Assembly (NCBI GenBank): GCA_016188545.1
Contig: JACPHO010000001.1
Coordinates: forward strand, 355,324-419,323
Origin: Candidatus Shapirobacteria bacterium
Lineage (GTDB): Bacteria; Patescibacteriota; Microgenomatia; UBA12405
Length of the DNA: 64,000 nt
Direction of reading: 5' to 3'
The notes below the pieces were generated by a model. That model ran no database searches. It was not told where the DNA came from and saw nothing but the letters and a program-made list of their open reading frames with translations. Shown here in pieces: positions 54,237-62,058 of the stretch. Position 1 is the first letter of the stretch; every line of letters starts with the position of its first letter. Position numbers and translations under genes: made by a program.

Positions 54237-55493
54237 TCAGTCTTCCATTACTCTCTCGTTCCAAAAAAACAAAAAGGCAGGTTTATTGTTACTTTTTTTA
54301 GCTCCATTTAGAAAGACATCTGCTGCTGCAGGAGTTCTCGCTCTTTGAACAAAAACTACGTTATCTTCACCGGCTAGTTCTTTTCCCATTACAAATTCCA
54401 GAGCCATTTTCTTCTTCGCTAAATTTCTTGCTGACTCCCTTGTTTTTAAATTTTCAGGTAGACGTCTTTCTTGAAGACGGGTAAAAATTCCATCAACCTC
54501 AGATTCAACCTGCTTTTCAGTAAACACAGTCTCAGGATGTACCATAATTTTTTTTACATCAGGGAGGCAGAAAAATTCTTCTCTACTCCTTACACCCAAT
54601 TGTCTCGATACTTTTTCAATTTTTGAGCCTGGCAGTATCTTACTAGTTAAGGGCTCAAATTTTTTTTCAAATTCTTCAACGGCTTGTTCCCTATTTGGGG
54701 AATCAATGACAAAAGCGTCAATGTCCACTAAAGTCACCTTTGGAGAATTCATTATTTTCCACTTGTTTAATATTTTCGTAATTCCCTGAACAGAAGCAAA
54801 GTTTACTTCCTGATCAACAACGGCTTTCCTCCCACTCGACGTAGTAGTTTCAAACCAAATTTCCGGAGAAACCGATATCCCCTCAGTTTCCGAGTCACGC
54901 TGAGGTGGACATCTTAATATATTCAGGTCCAAACCTCTTTTTCCGCAAGCGGCATTTGCCAATGATTTTACTAATGACGCCATATTCAACATATCACCAA
55001 AATCTGTTTGAGTCGACACCAGCTCAACCAAACAGTTAACCACATTATCCGCCTGAGAATTTGTACAACCAAGTTCTTTTGCCCTGAGTTTCCATGATTC
55101 AATTTGACCATCCAATCTTATGTTTCTAGCAATTTCAATTCCATTACCTTGAAGTTCATCTCTAATTCTCCGTTTTAATATACCTGACTGAATGCCTTGT
55201 TCAGTTTTAGCTTTTGTTGGTCGGTCTGTAGTCAGCTGCTTCTTTACTTCACTTACGGTCAAGCCCAACCTGTCGGCGGACATTCTAGCAGTAATTTCTC
55301 CCCATTTTGAGCCAAAATCATTATTAGTATCATGAATGACTAGTGGACGAATTGTTTCATTTACTTTTGCGTTAATTGCAGGCCCAATTTCCTTCTCAGG
55401 TATTTGAGGAAACAAAAAATTAGCAACTTTATGTTTTGTTTGATTTGATATTTTCATATTATCAATAAGGTAACCTCCCATTCTCCCTACCAA
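54237..55493 (-). CDS. hypothetical protein
   Basis: 418 aa with no recognisable motif. It sits between tyrS and tRNA-Tyr. Confidence 0.35.
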   Translation of the reverse strand: MVGRMGGYLIDNMKISNQTKHKVANFLFPQIPEKEIGPAINAKVNETIRPLVIHDTNNDFGSKWGEITARMSADRLGLTVSEVKKQLTTDRPTKAKTEQGIQSGILKRRIRDELQGNGIEIARNIRLDGQIESWKLRAKELGCTNSQADNVVNCLVELVSTQTDFGDMLNMASLVKSLANAACGKRGLDLNILRCPPQRDSETEGISVSPEIWFETTTSSGRKAVVDQEVNFASVQGITKILNKWKIMNSPKVTLVDIDAFVIDSPNREQAVEEFEKKFEPLTSKILPGSKIEKVSRQLGVRSREEFFCLPDVKKIMVHPETVFTEKQVESEVDGIFTRLQERRLPENLKTRESARNLAKKKMALEFVMGKELAGEDNVVFVQRARTPAAADVFLNGAKKSNNKPAFLFFWNERVMED

Positions 55494-55584
55494 TCGGCAA
55501 AAACCCCAAATTTTTAGTATTACCGAAACCGATCATTTTTTCTGTTGTTTTTATAAACATATTATTAATAAATAATAAACTTAG

Positions 55585-55656
55585 TACGGAGGAGGGGAGT
55601 TGAACCCCTATAAAACTGTTTTACAGACAGTTGCATTACCGGCCTGCCCCCTCCGT
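55585..55656 (-). tRNA. tRNA-Tyr (anticodon GUA), short variable arm
   Basis: Reverse complement: ACGGAGG-GG-GCAGGCCGGTAATGCA-ACTGT-CTGTAAA-ACAGT-TTTAT-AGGGG-TTCAACT-CCCCT-CCTCCGT. The 7-bp acceptor stem is perfect. The D-stem is short. Confidence 0.7.
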
Positions 55657-55660
55657 AGAA

Positions 55661-55717
55661 CCAAAAAAGCCCTCGCCTTTGCAAAACCAATAAATGGCTT
55701 CACAAGGGTGAGGGCTT
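55661..55717 (-). terminator. intrinsic terminator on the minus strand, immediately 5' of tRNA-Tyr
   Basis: The 11-bp stem CCGUGAGAAGCCCUCACC...GGCGAGGGCUU (one G-U) is followed by UUUUUUGG on the minus strand. Confidence 0.5.
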
Positions 55718-55957
55718 CTCACGGTACCACCTTGTTTCGTAAATAAAAAAAGCTCCCACAGGAGCTCGATAATTATTTACCTTATTATCGAGTACTTGTT
55801 TACCTCGCCTCTGGCGGACTTGCAGTGATACTCTAGCTCTATTTAGGGAGCTCCCTTACCGATTTTGTCGGTATGCTCAGAGGGTGTATTATGTCCTCCT
55901 TAACGCGTTCCAAACTTAGTCAAGTTTATCACGAGGAAATTTCTTGTCAAGAATATA

Positions 55958-56683
55958 TTATAAGACTCTTTCTCCAAACACCAACAATCTCTTCCAATCA
56001 GTCCCTAGAGGCCAACAAGTCTGCATTATCAAGACTTCTTTAGAGGGATCGGAATACTTTAGGTATTCAATTTCAGAGGCATTCACAATTTTCCTCATAT
56101 AAACTTTATAAGTAAAAATCTTTCCCTTGTCGTTTACAAAAAATACATCACCATCTTTAAGTTCACCAAGTAGGTAAAAAATTGCATTCTGTCTTACCAT
56201 GCTCAAACCTTGTTCTGTCGAGTGAGCAAAAATAAATGTTGAGCTACCATTTCCCATTCCCGGTCTAGATGAGCCCTTTGCTTGAGCCACCACCCTATCT
56301 TTAAGAACTTGAGAATATGCCTTCTGGTCAAAAGGGGATATTCCATCAACTATGCTTGCATATGCCCCTATTTTAGGGATGGAAATGGAGTACTCAGTTG
56401 TACCAATTTCTGTGACAGTTGGTGTTGGAATTGGCGCACTCGTGGGCTCACCCGAAATTACTACAGTAGGTGAAGTATTTTGGCTTATTTGCCAATATGC
56501 CAGTACCGCATCCGCCAAAGGATAATATAAGTAGATCGTATAAAGCAGAGCCCCGATTAAAAGGCCATTTCCTAGGTGAAAAAGAGACCTTCCTAACTTG
56601 CCAGGATCGTTAAACAGCACGCCACTTTTTTTAATCAATTTTATTGTTCTTCTTTTAGGTACTGGTCTAAAAAAATCAAGCAC
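55958..56683 (-). CDS. sortase-family transpeptidase
   Basis: An N-terminal TM helix, a His in FIFAHST, the catalytic LIMQTCWP (TLxTC-like) and a downstream Arg are present. Confidence 0.6.
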   Translation of the reverse strand: MLDFFRPVPKRRTIKLIKKSGVLFNDPGKLGRSLFHLGNGLLIGALLYTIYLYYPLADAVLAYWQISQNTSPTVVISGEPTSAPIPTPTVTEIGTTEYSISIPKIGAYASIVDGISPFDQKAYSQVLKDRVVAQAKGSSRPGMGNGSSTFIFAHSTEQGLSMVRQNAIFYLLGELKDGDVFFVNDKGKIFTYKVYMRKIVNASEIEYLKYSDPSKEVLIMQTCWPLGTDWKRLLVFGERVL

Positions 56684-56757
56684 ATTCTTATTGTATCAGA
56701 AGAAAAACCGATGGAAATATCCATAAGTATTCAATGTGTATCACAAAAAACATTTAG

Positions 56758-56786
56758 TTGACAAACGGCGAGAACTCACTTAATAT
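56758..56786 (+). promoter_or_regulatory. sigma70-like promoter for greA (TTGACA-17 nt-TAATAT)
   Basis: The hexamers TTGACA and TAATAT have a 17-nt spacing. Seen directly. Confidence 0.45.
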
Positions 56787-56829
56787 AACTACCTGTGGCC
56801 CAAGAAATATTAACCAAAGTAAACCTTTC

Positions 56830-56865
56830 ATCCCGTTCACGGGATCGCGTTTCTTTTATTTTCTG
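56830..56865 (+). terminator. intrinsic terminator/attenuator in the greA leader
   Basis: The hairpin ATCCCG-TTCA-CGGGAT is followed by CGCGTTTCTTTTATTTTCT. It lies between the promoter and the greA start. Confidence 0.4.
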
Positions 56866-56932
56866 CGTCATTACTTGCCTCTCCAAATAAGTTTGGTTTA
56901 ATACAACCAACTTATAAAAATCGGGAGGCTTT

Positions 56933-57412
56933 TTGTTTATTAAAATGAAAACAATGAGTAAAACTCTATTGACACAAGAGGGGTTCCAAAAGTTAACCGA
57001 AGAGTTGTCAGTCCTTAAAGATAAAAGTAATCACTTGATTACTCAAATCGAAGAAGTTGCTCAACCTGATGAGTCAGGTGAGGATGGTTTGGCAACTCAA
57101 CTAAAAGAAGAGTTGGAAGTAGTCAATGAAAAAATTGACTCCATCGAAGAAGCTTTAGGCAATTCTGAAATTATTTCCGGAAAACTTTCCAAAAGCCAGG
57201 TTCAAGTTGGTTCCAAAGTTAAAATTAAACTTACCGGTAACACTATAAAATCATTTCACATCGTTAGTCACATTGAAGCCGATCCGGTCCAGCAAAAAAT
57301 CTCGGATCAGTCTCCACTCGGTCAGGCTTTACTTGGTCGTAAAATCAATGATCTGGTTGAGGTTACCGCCCCTGTTGGTAAAATCACCTACAAGATTGTC
57401 GCTATAAGCTAG
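56933..57412 (+). CDS. greA: transcription elongation factor GreA
   Basis: An N-terminal coiled-coil and the C-terminal FKBP-like domain (SDQSPLGQALLGRKINDLVEVTAPVGKITYKIVAIS) are present. The ORF track uses a TTG start. An ATG at 56945 or 56954 is equally plausible. Confidence 0.8.
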   Translation: MFIKMKTMSKTLLTQEGFQKLTEELSVLKDKSNHLITQIEEVAQPDESGEDGLATQLKEELEVVNEKIDSIEEALGNSEIISGKLSKSQVQVGSKVKIKLTGNTIKSFHIVSHIEADPVQQKISDQSPLGQALLGRKINDLVEVTAPVGKITYKIVAIS

Positions 57413-57442
57413 AAGTTTGATGGTAAACTTCTCTAATCAATT

Positions 57443-59320
57443 ATGACCGATCTAATCAAGATTCGCCAGGAAAAGCTGGGTAAGCTTATCGAAGCTGGAC
57501 ACGACCCTTACCCCCAACCAAATTTGGCCAAGCGTGATCTTGCTGCTACTATCGCCTCCAAAAAAGACCAAACGGTAGAAGTCGCTGGGCGGCTAATGCT
57601 TCTCCGAGGTCATGGCAAGATTTTATTTGCTGATCTTCATGATGACTCTGGTAAAATCCAACTTTTTTTCCAGCAAAAGTCTCTGGGGACTTCCTTTCCT
57701 CTGACCAAACTCTTTGATATTGGTGACATTATCAGTGCCAAGGGAAAGGTCATTACCACCGAAGCTGGTGAGACTACTATCGATATTACTGAATTCCAGA
57801 TACTTGCCAAAAACCTCAGACCACTTCCTGAAAAATGGCATGGTTTGACTGATGTTGAGGAAAGATATCGTCAACGCTATGTAGACCTAATTACCAACCC
57901 AGAATCCCGGAAAGTCTTCACGGTACGTACCAAGATTTTATCAACTATGCGTCAGTTCCTCGATGACAATGGATTTATGGAAGTGGAAACACCTATACTC
58001 CAACCGGTTTATGGCGGTGCCTCAGCCAAACCATTTGTTACCCATCACAACGAACTTGATCAAGATATGTATCTCCGTATTAGCGACGAGTTGTATCTCA
58101 AAAGACTAATTGTTGGTGGTTTTGAAAAAGTATACGAAGTTTCTCGAGACTTCAGAAACGAAGGTGTCTCCCGTTTTCATAATCCAGAATTCACTCAAAT
58201 CGAGTTTTATTGGGCATATATTGATTACGACGAATTGATGAAGTTTACTGAAAAACTTGTTTCTCACGTTATCAAAACAATCAATAGTAACTATATCGTC
58301 GAATTCCAGGGAAAAAGTTTAGACTTCACCCCACCTTTCAAAAGATTAACCTTTAGAGATGCCATTCTTGAAAAGACCAAAATAGACATTGACGAAATAA
58401 ATACCGAAGAAGAGTTTTTTGACAAATTAAAATCCTCAAAACTAAAAGTAGATACCAAAGGAGTAATTGGGCTAGGTGCTTTATTCGATGCTCTATATAA
58501 AGAATACGTTCGTCCTTACTTACTCGGACCCGTCTACATCACCGATTATCCAGCAGAAATGATTGCTCTCGCCAAGAGAAAATCTGACAATCCCAAAAAA
58601 ATTGCCTCATTCCAACTGTTGGCCGATGGCGCCGAGTTACTTAAAGCTTACAATGAGTTAAACGACCCCAAAGATCAATACGACCGCTGGATGGACGAGG
58701 TAGCCCTCGAGAAAAAAGGCGCTCAAAATACCATGCAAATGGACGACGATTATATTCGTGCCCTCGAATACGGCATGCCACCTACCGCTGGTTGGGGTAT
58801 GGGTATCGACCGTTTCACCCAGTTCGTCACCAACTCACCCACCATCAAAGACGTCATCCTCTTCCCCTCCATGCGAAGTGAAGAAAAGCCTGCGTCATTG
58901 CGCCTGCCCGCCTCGGAGGGAGGAACTGAGGGCGACGCGGCAATCTCGTTGGGAATCGGTCTCGCCTCCAACCTCATTGTCATCGGCAAAATCACCAAAC
59001 TTGAATCTCACCCCAACGCTGACAAACTCCATGTTCTCCACGTTGACATTGGTACAGAATCTTTACAGATAGTCTGCGGTGCCAACAACATAAAAGTTGG
59101 CGACATTGTCCCTGTGTCTCTAATTGGCGCCTCAGTCTATGGTGACGAAATGGTTCCCTGGCAAGTCGGTTTATCCAAGCTACGTGGAGTCGAGTCGAAC
59201 GGAATGCTCTGTTCCACCCGCGAACTCGGTCTTGGCCCAGATCATGATGGGATATATCTTCTCGACAAAAAACTATCTCAACACCTCGGCGAACCAGTCA
59301 ACAAACATCTTAAAAAATGA
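57443..59320 (+). CDS. lysS: lysine--tRNA ligase (class II) with a C-terminal Trbp111/EMAP-like OB-fold tRNA-binding domain of about 120 aa
   Basis: An N-terminal anticodon-binding OB and class II motifs (FRNEG, GGASAKPF, ELKAYNELNDP, GMGIDR) are present. The C-terminus GKITKLESHPNADKLHVLHVDIG...IVCGANNIKVGD...GVESNGMLCS matches the Trbp111/CsaA-type domain. The extension is visibly GC-richer. Confidence 0.8.
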   Translation: MTDLIKIRQEKLGKLIEAGHDPYPQPNLAKRDLAATIASKKDQTVEVAGRLMLLRGHGKILFADLHDDSGKIQLFFQQKSLGTSFPLTKLFDIGDIISAKGKVITTEAGETTIDITEFQILAKNLRPLPEKWHGLTDVEERYRQRYVDLITNPESRKVFTVRTKILSTMRQFLDDNGFMEVETPILQPVYGGASAKPFVTHHNELDQDMYLRISDELYLKRLIVGGFEKVYEVSRDFRNEGVSRFHNPEFTQIEFYWAYIDYDELMKFTEKLVSHVIKTINSNYIVEFQGKSLDFTPPFKRLTFRDAILEKTKIDIDEINTEEEFFDKLKSSKLKVDTKGVIGLGALFDALYKEYVRPYLLGPVYITDYPAEMIALAKRKSDNPKKIASFQLLADGAELLKAYNELNDPKDQYDRWMDEVALEKKGAQNTMQMDDDYIRALEYGMPPTAGWGMGIDRFTQFVTNSPTIKDVILFPSMRSEEKPASLRLPASEGGTEGDAAISLGIGLASNLIVIGKITKLESHPNADKLHVLHVDIGTESLQIVCGANNIKVGDIVPVSLIGASVYGDEMVPWQVGLSKLRGVESNGMLCSTRELGLGPDHDGIYLLDKKLSQHLGEPVNKHLKK

Positions 59321-59868
59321 TCACCTCATCACTAATTTCCTCAGTCCGTGAGTTTGCCAAGGTCGACGGCCCGATGGAAACTCACCAACTAATTGCTAAC
59401 GAAGCAGGTCAGAAAATTTCTCAACTACTTCACGCCGACCCAAATATTGTTTTGCTAGGCACATTATTAATGGATTGTGTAATTGGTATTGCCATCCAAG
59501 AAAATAGAATGGCGGAACATGTAAGTATGTGTCAACATAAAGCCAAAGAACTACTTGACCAGGATCCAGACATCACGCCAGAAGAAAAAAATAATGTCCT
59601 CGCTTGTGTCCTCGAACACCACGGTGTTCCCAAGTTCACAACTTTAGAGTCAGAAATTGTTTGCAATTCTGATTGCTACCGGTTTGCATCCGTTAAAGGA
59701 TTTTATTATTCCCTCAGATATTTCCGTCAAATGCCTGATGAAAACTTCATATCTCTAGTCAAAGTCAAATTCAATGAAAAGAGAAATTGTGTAACTTTAG
59801 ATATTGTAAAAAATGAACTAAAATATCAATTTATTGCAATTGAAAATTATTTAAATTTATTAAAATAA
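59317..59868 (+). CDS. hypothetical protein, possible HD-superfamily
   Basis: HADPNIVLLGTLLMD and VLEHHGV suggest a weak HD-like pattern. Confidence 0.35.
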   Translation: MITSSLISSVREFAKVDGPMETHQLIANEAGQKISQLLHADPNIVLLGTLLMDCVIGIAIQENRMAEHVSMCQHKAKELLDQDPDITPEEKNNVLACVLEHHGVPKFTTLESEIVCNSDCYRFASVKGFYYSLRYFRQMPDENFISLVKVKFNEKRNCVTLDIVKNELKYQFIAIENYLNLLK

Positions 59869-59870
59869 GT

Positions 59871-60458
59871 ATGGATCGTCAAAAATTTGCGGGTGCAGTC
59901 AAGTCAAATTTAGAAAATAACATTTACAATCACAGCTTATCACTCGAAGCTTGTATGTTTGGGCTCTACGATTATTTCAAATCAAATAATTTATTAGCTG
60001 ACACCGAGCCAACTCGAGAAGAATGGGGAATAGCAGGACTGATTCATGACATCGACTTTGCCGGTGATACCAAGGAATTGCACCCACTTCGTACCCGCGA
60101 AGTACTTGCCAAATACGGTCTGGAAATAAACAACACCGTCCAACAAATAATTTTATCTCACGACAAAAGACAGGGGATTTCAATGGACAGCAAAGCCAAG
60201 TGGTCCATCTATTGTGCCGATTCCCTCACTGGTCTAATTACCGCCGTTGCATTCGTTTATCCGGATCGCAAACTGGCCTCAGTCAAAGTTTCCTCCGTCC
60301 TAAAACGTTTTTTAAAAGAACCAAAGTTTGCGGCTGGCACCAGGCGCGACGAGGTTACCGAGTGCACCAACCCAGATGGTCTAAACCTACCTCTCGAAAA
60401 ATTCATCGAAATTTGTCTCACTTCAATGCAAAAAATCGCCACAGAAATCGGACTTTAA
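59871..60458 (+). CDS. HD-domain phosphohydrolase
   Basis: H..L..A......GLIHDIDF supplies the His and the HD dyad, and a downstream His (ILSHD) is present. Confidence 0.55.
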   Translation: MDRQKFAGAVKSNLENNIYNHSLSLEACMFGLYDYFKSNNLLADTEPTREEWGIAGLIHDIDFAGDTKELHPLRTREVLAKYGLEINNTVQQIILSHDKRQGISMDSKAKWSIYCADSLTGLITAVAFVYPDRKLASVKVSSVLKRFLKEPKFAAGTRRDEVTECTNPDGLNLPLEKFIEICLTSMQKIATEIGL

Positions 60459-60629
60459 TATTATCTTCCTACATATTCACTATATACCACTTTGATATAT
60501 TTATATGTATTTAAATTTGCTCCAAATTTGCGGTAAAAAAACATTCCTTTTGTGCTAGAATATCTAATCAATGAAACGAATCTTTCGCACTTCTTTGGTA
60601 AGTTTTTCTTCATCTACTTTGGGGTGCTT

Positions 60630-60665
60630 TTGGCGTCTCCCCCACACCAACTGACGCCAGTTTTT
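60630..60665 (+). terminator. intrinsic terminator in the serS leader with an overlapping alternative (antiterminator-like) pairing
   Basis: The hairpin UGGCGUC-[15 nt]-GACGCCA is followed by GUUUUU, 21 nt before the serS ATG. The upstream GGGG (60620-60623) can pair with the CCCCC (60638-60642) in the terminator loop as a competing fold. Confidence 0.4.
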
Positions 60666-60686
60666 ACTTTTGAATTTAAATTAACT

Positions 60687-61952
60687 ATGTTAGATATAAA
60701 CCAAGTCAGGAAGGAACCTGACACTATCAAAAAAGCCCTCGTCGATCGTCAAAAAGATCCTGCAATATTAGATCAAGTAATTACCCAAGATTCTCAGTAT
60801 CGTCAGTTACTTTTAGAAGTTGAAGAACTACGTAGTCAGCAAAACACACTCTCAAAAACAATTAAAGGTAAGCCAACTGATGAACAGTTATCACAAGGCA
60901 AGGAAATTAAAGAAAAGCTGAGGGGCTTGGAAGACACTCTCGATACAACTCAGTCTGCCCTAAATTCTCTCCTCGAAGAGATACCTAATATCCCATCAGC
61001 CGATACCCCAGTTGGTAAAGACGACTCAGAAAATGTAGTAATTAAGACTTATAGAGAAAAACCAACATTTGATTTTCAGCCGCTAGATCACCAAGATCTC
61101 GGAGATAAACTAAATATTATCGACAAAGAGCATGCTAGTAAATTATCTGGGTCACGTTTTGGCTATTACAAAAATCAAGGTGCAATTCTAGAAATGGCAG
61201 TGATGTTTTACACCATGAAGAAAGTTTCTTCAATGGGTTTTAGCGCCATGCTTCCACCACTGATGGTCAAGTCAAAAACTGAGTGGGGTTGTGGTTATGC
61301 CAGCAATAAAAATTTATTTAATGCCTACTATTCTATTCCTGAAGATGATTTGGTTTTCATCAGTAGCTCAGAACACTCAGTAGTCCCTTTTCACTCCGAC
61401 GAAGTTCTCGACTCTAGTATCTTCCCTATAAAGTACGTCAACTTTACTCCCTGTTTTCGTCGTGAGTCAGGTACCTATGGAAAGGATATGAAGGGGATGC
61501 TCCGGGTACATCATTTCAACAAAGTCGAGATGAATGTATTTACACTACCAGACTATGAGATATCTGACCAAATGTGTCTTGATATGCTCGGCATCGAAGA
61601 AGGTATCTTGCAAGATTTCGGATTACATTATCAAATAGTCCAAGCTTGCACTGGAGATCTACCTCAACCTAACCGACGAATGTATGACATCAACGCCTGG
61701 TTTCCAGGTCTTGGTCAGTACAAAGAAACCGGCTCATGTAGTAACTGTGGTGACTACCAAGCCAGAAGGCTAAATACAAAAGTAAAAATCAATGGTAAAA
61801 ACGAATTTGTTCATATTCTCAACTCTACCGCCGTTTCAGATAGACCATTCCTAGCTATATTAGAAAACTTCCAGCAAAAAGATGGAAGTATTAAAATTCC
61901 CGAGGTTCTTTGGCCCTTAACCGGCTTTAAAGATATCGGCCCTACATTATAG
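60687..61952 (+). CDS. serS: serine--tRNA ligase
   Basis: An N-terminal coiled-coil arm and class II motifs (FRRESGTYGKDMKGMLRVHHF, TGDLPQPNRR, SNCGDYQARRL) are present. The start is the ATG at 60687. The ORF-track N-terminal extension covers the leader terminator. Confidence 0.85.
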   Translation: MLDINQVRKEPDTIKKALVDRQKDPAILDQVITQDSQYRQLLLEVEELRSQQNTLSKTIKGKPTDEQLSQGKEIKEKLRGLEDTLDTTQSALNSLLEEIPNIPSADTPVGKDDSENVVIKTYREKPTFDFQPLDHQDLGDKLNIIDKEHASKLSGSRFGYYKNQGAILEMAVMFYTMKKVSSMGFSAMLPPLMVKSKTEWGCGYASNKNLFNAYYSIPEDDLVFISSSEHSVVPFHSDEVLDSSIFPIKYVNFTPCFRRESGTYGKDMKGMLRVHHFNKVEMNVFTLPDYEISDQMCLDMLGIEEGILQDFGLHYQIVQACTGDLPQPNRRMYDINAWFPGLGQYKETGSCSNCGDYQARRLNTKVKINGKNEFVHILNSTAVSDRPFLAILENFQQKDGSIKIPEVLWPLTGFKDIGPTL

Positions 61953-62058
61953 AGGAGCCACTCTTTCCCCGGTCTATAGCTTGCTATAGCACCGGGGCCA
62001 GAGCATCTTTATCATCACTTTTATTAATGTTTATCTCTAGTTAAGCTATAATAGCCTC

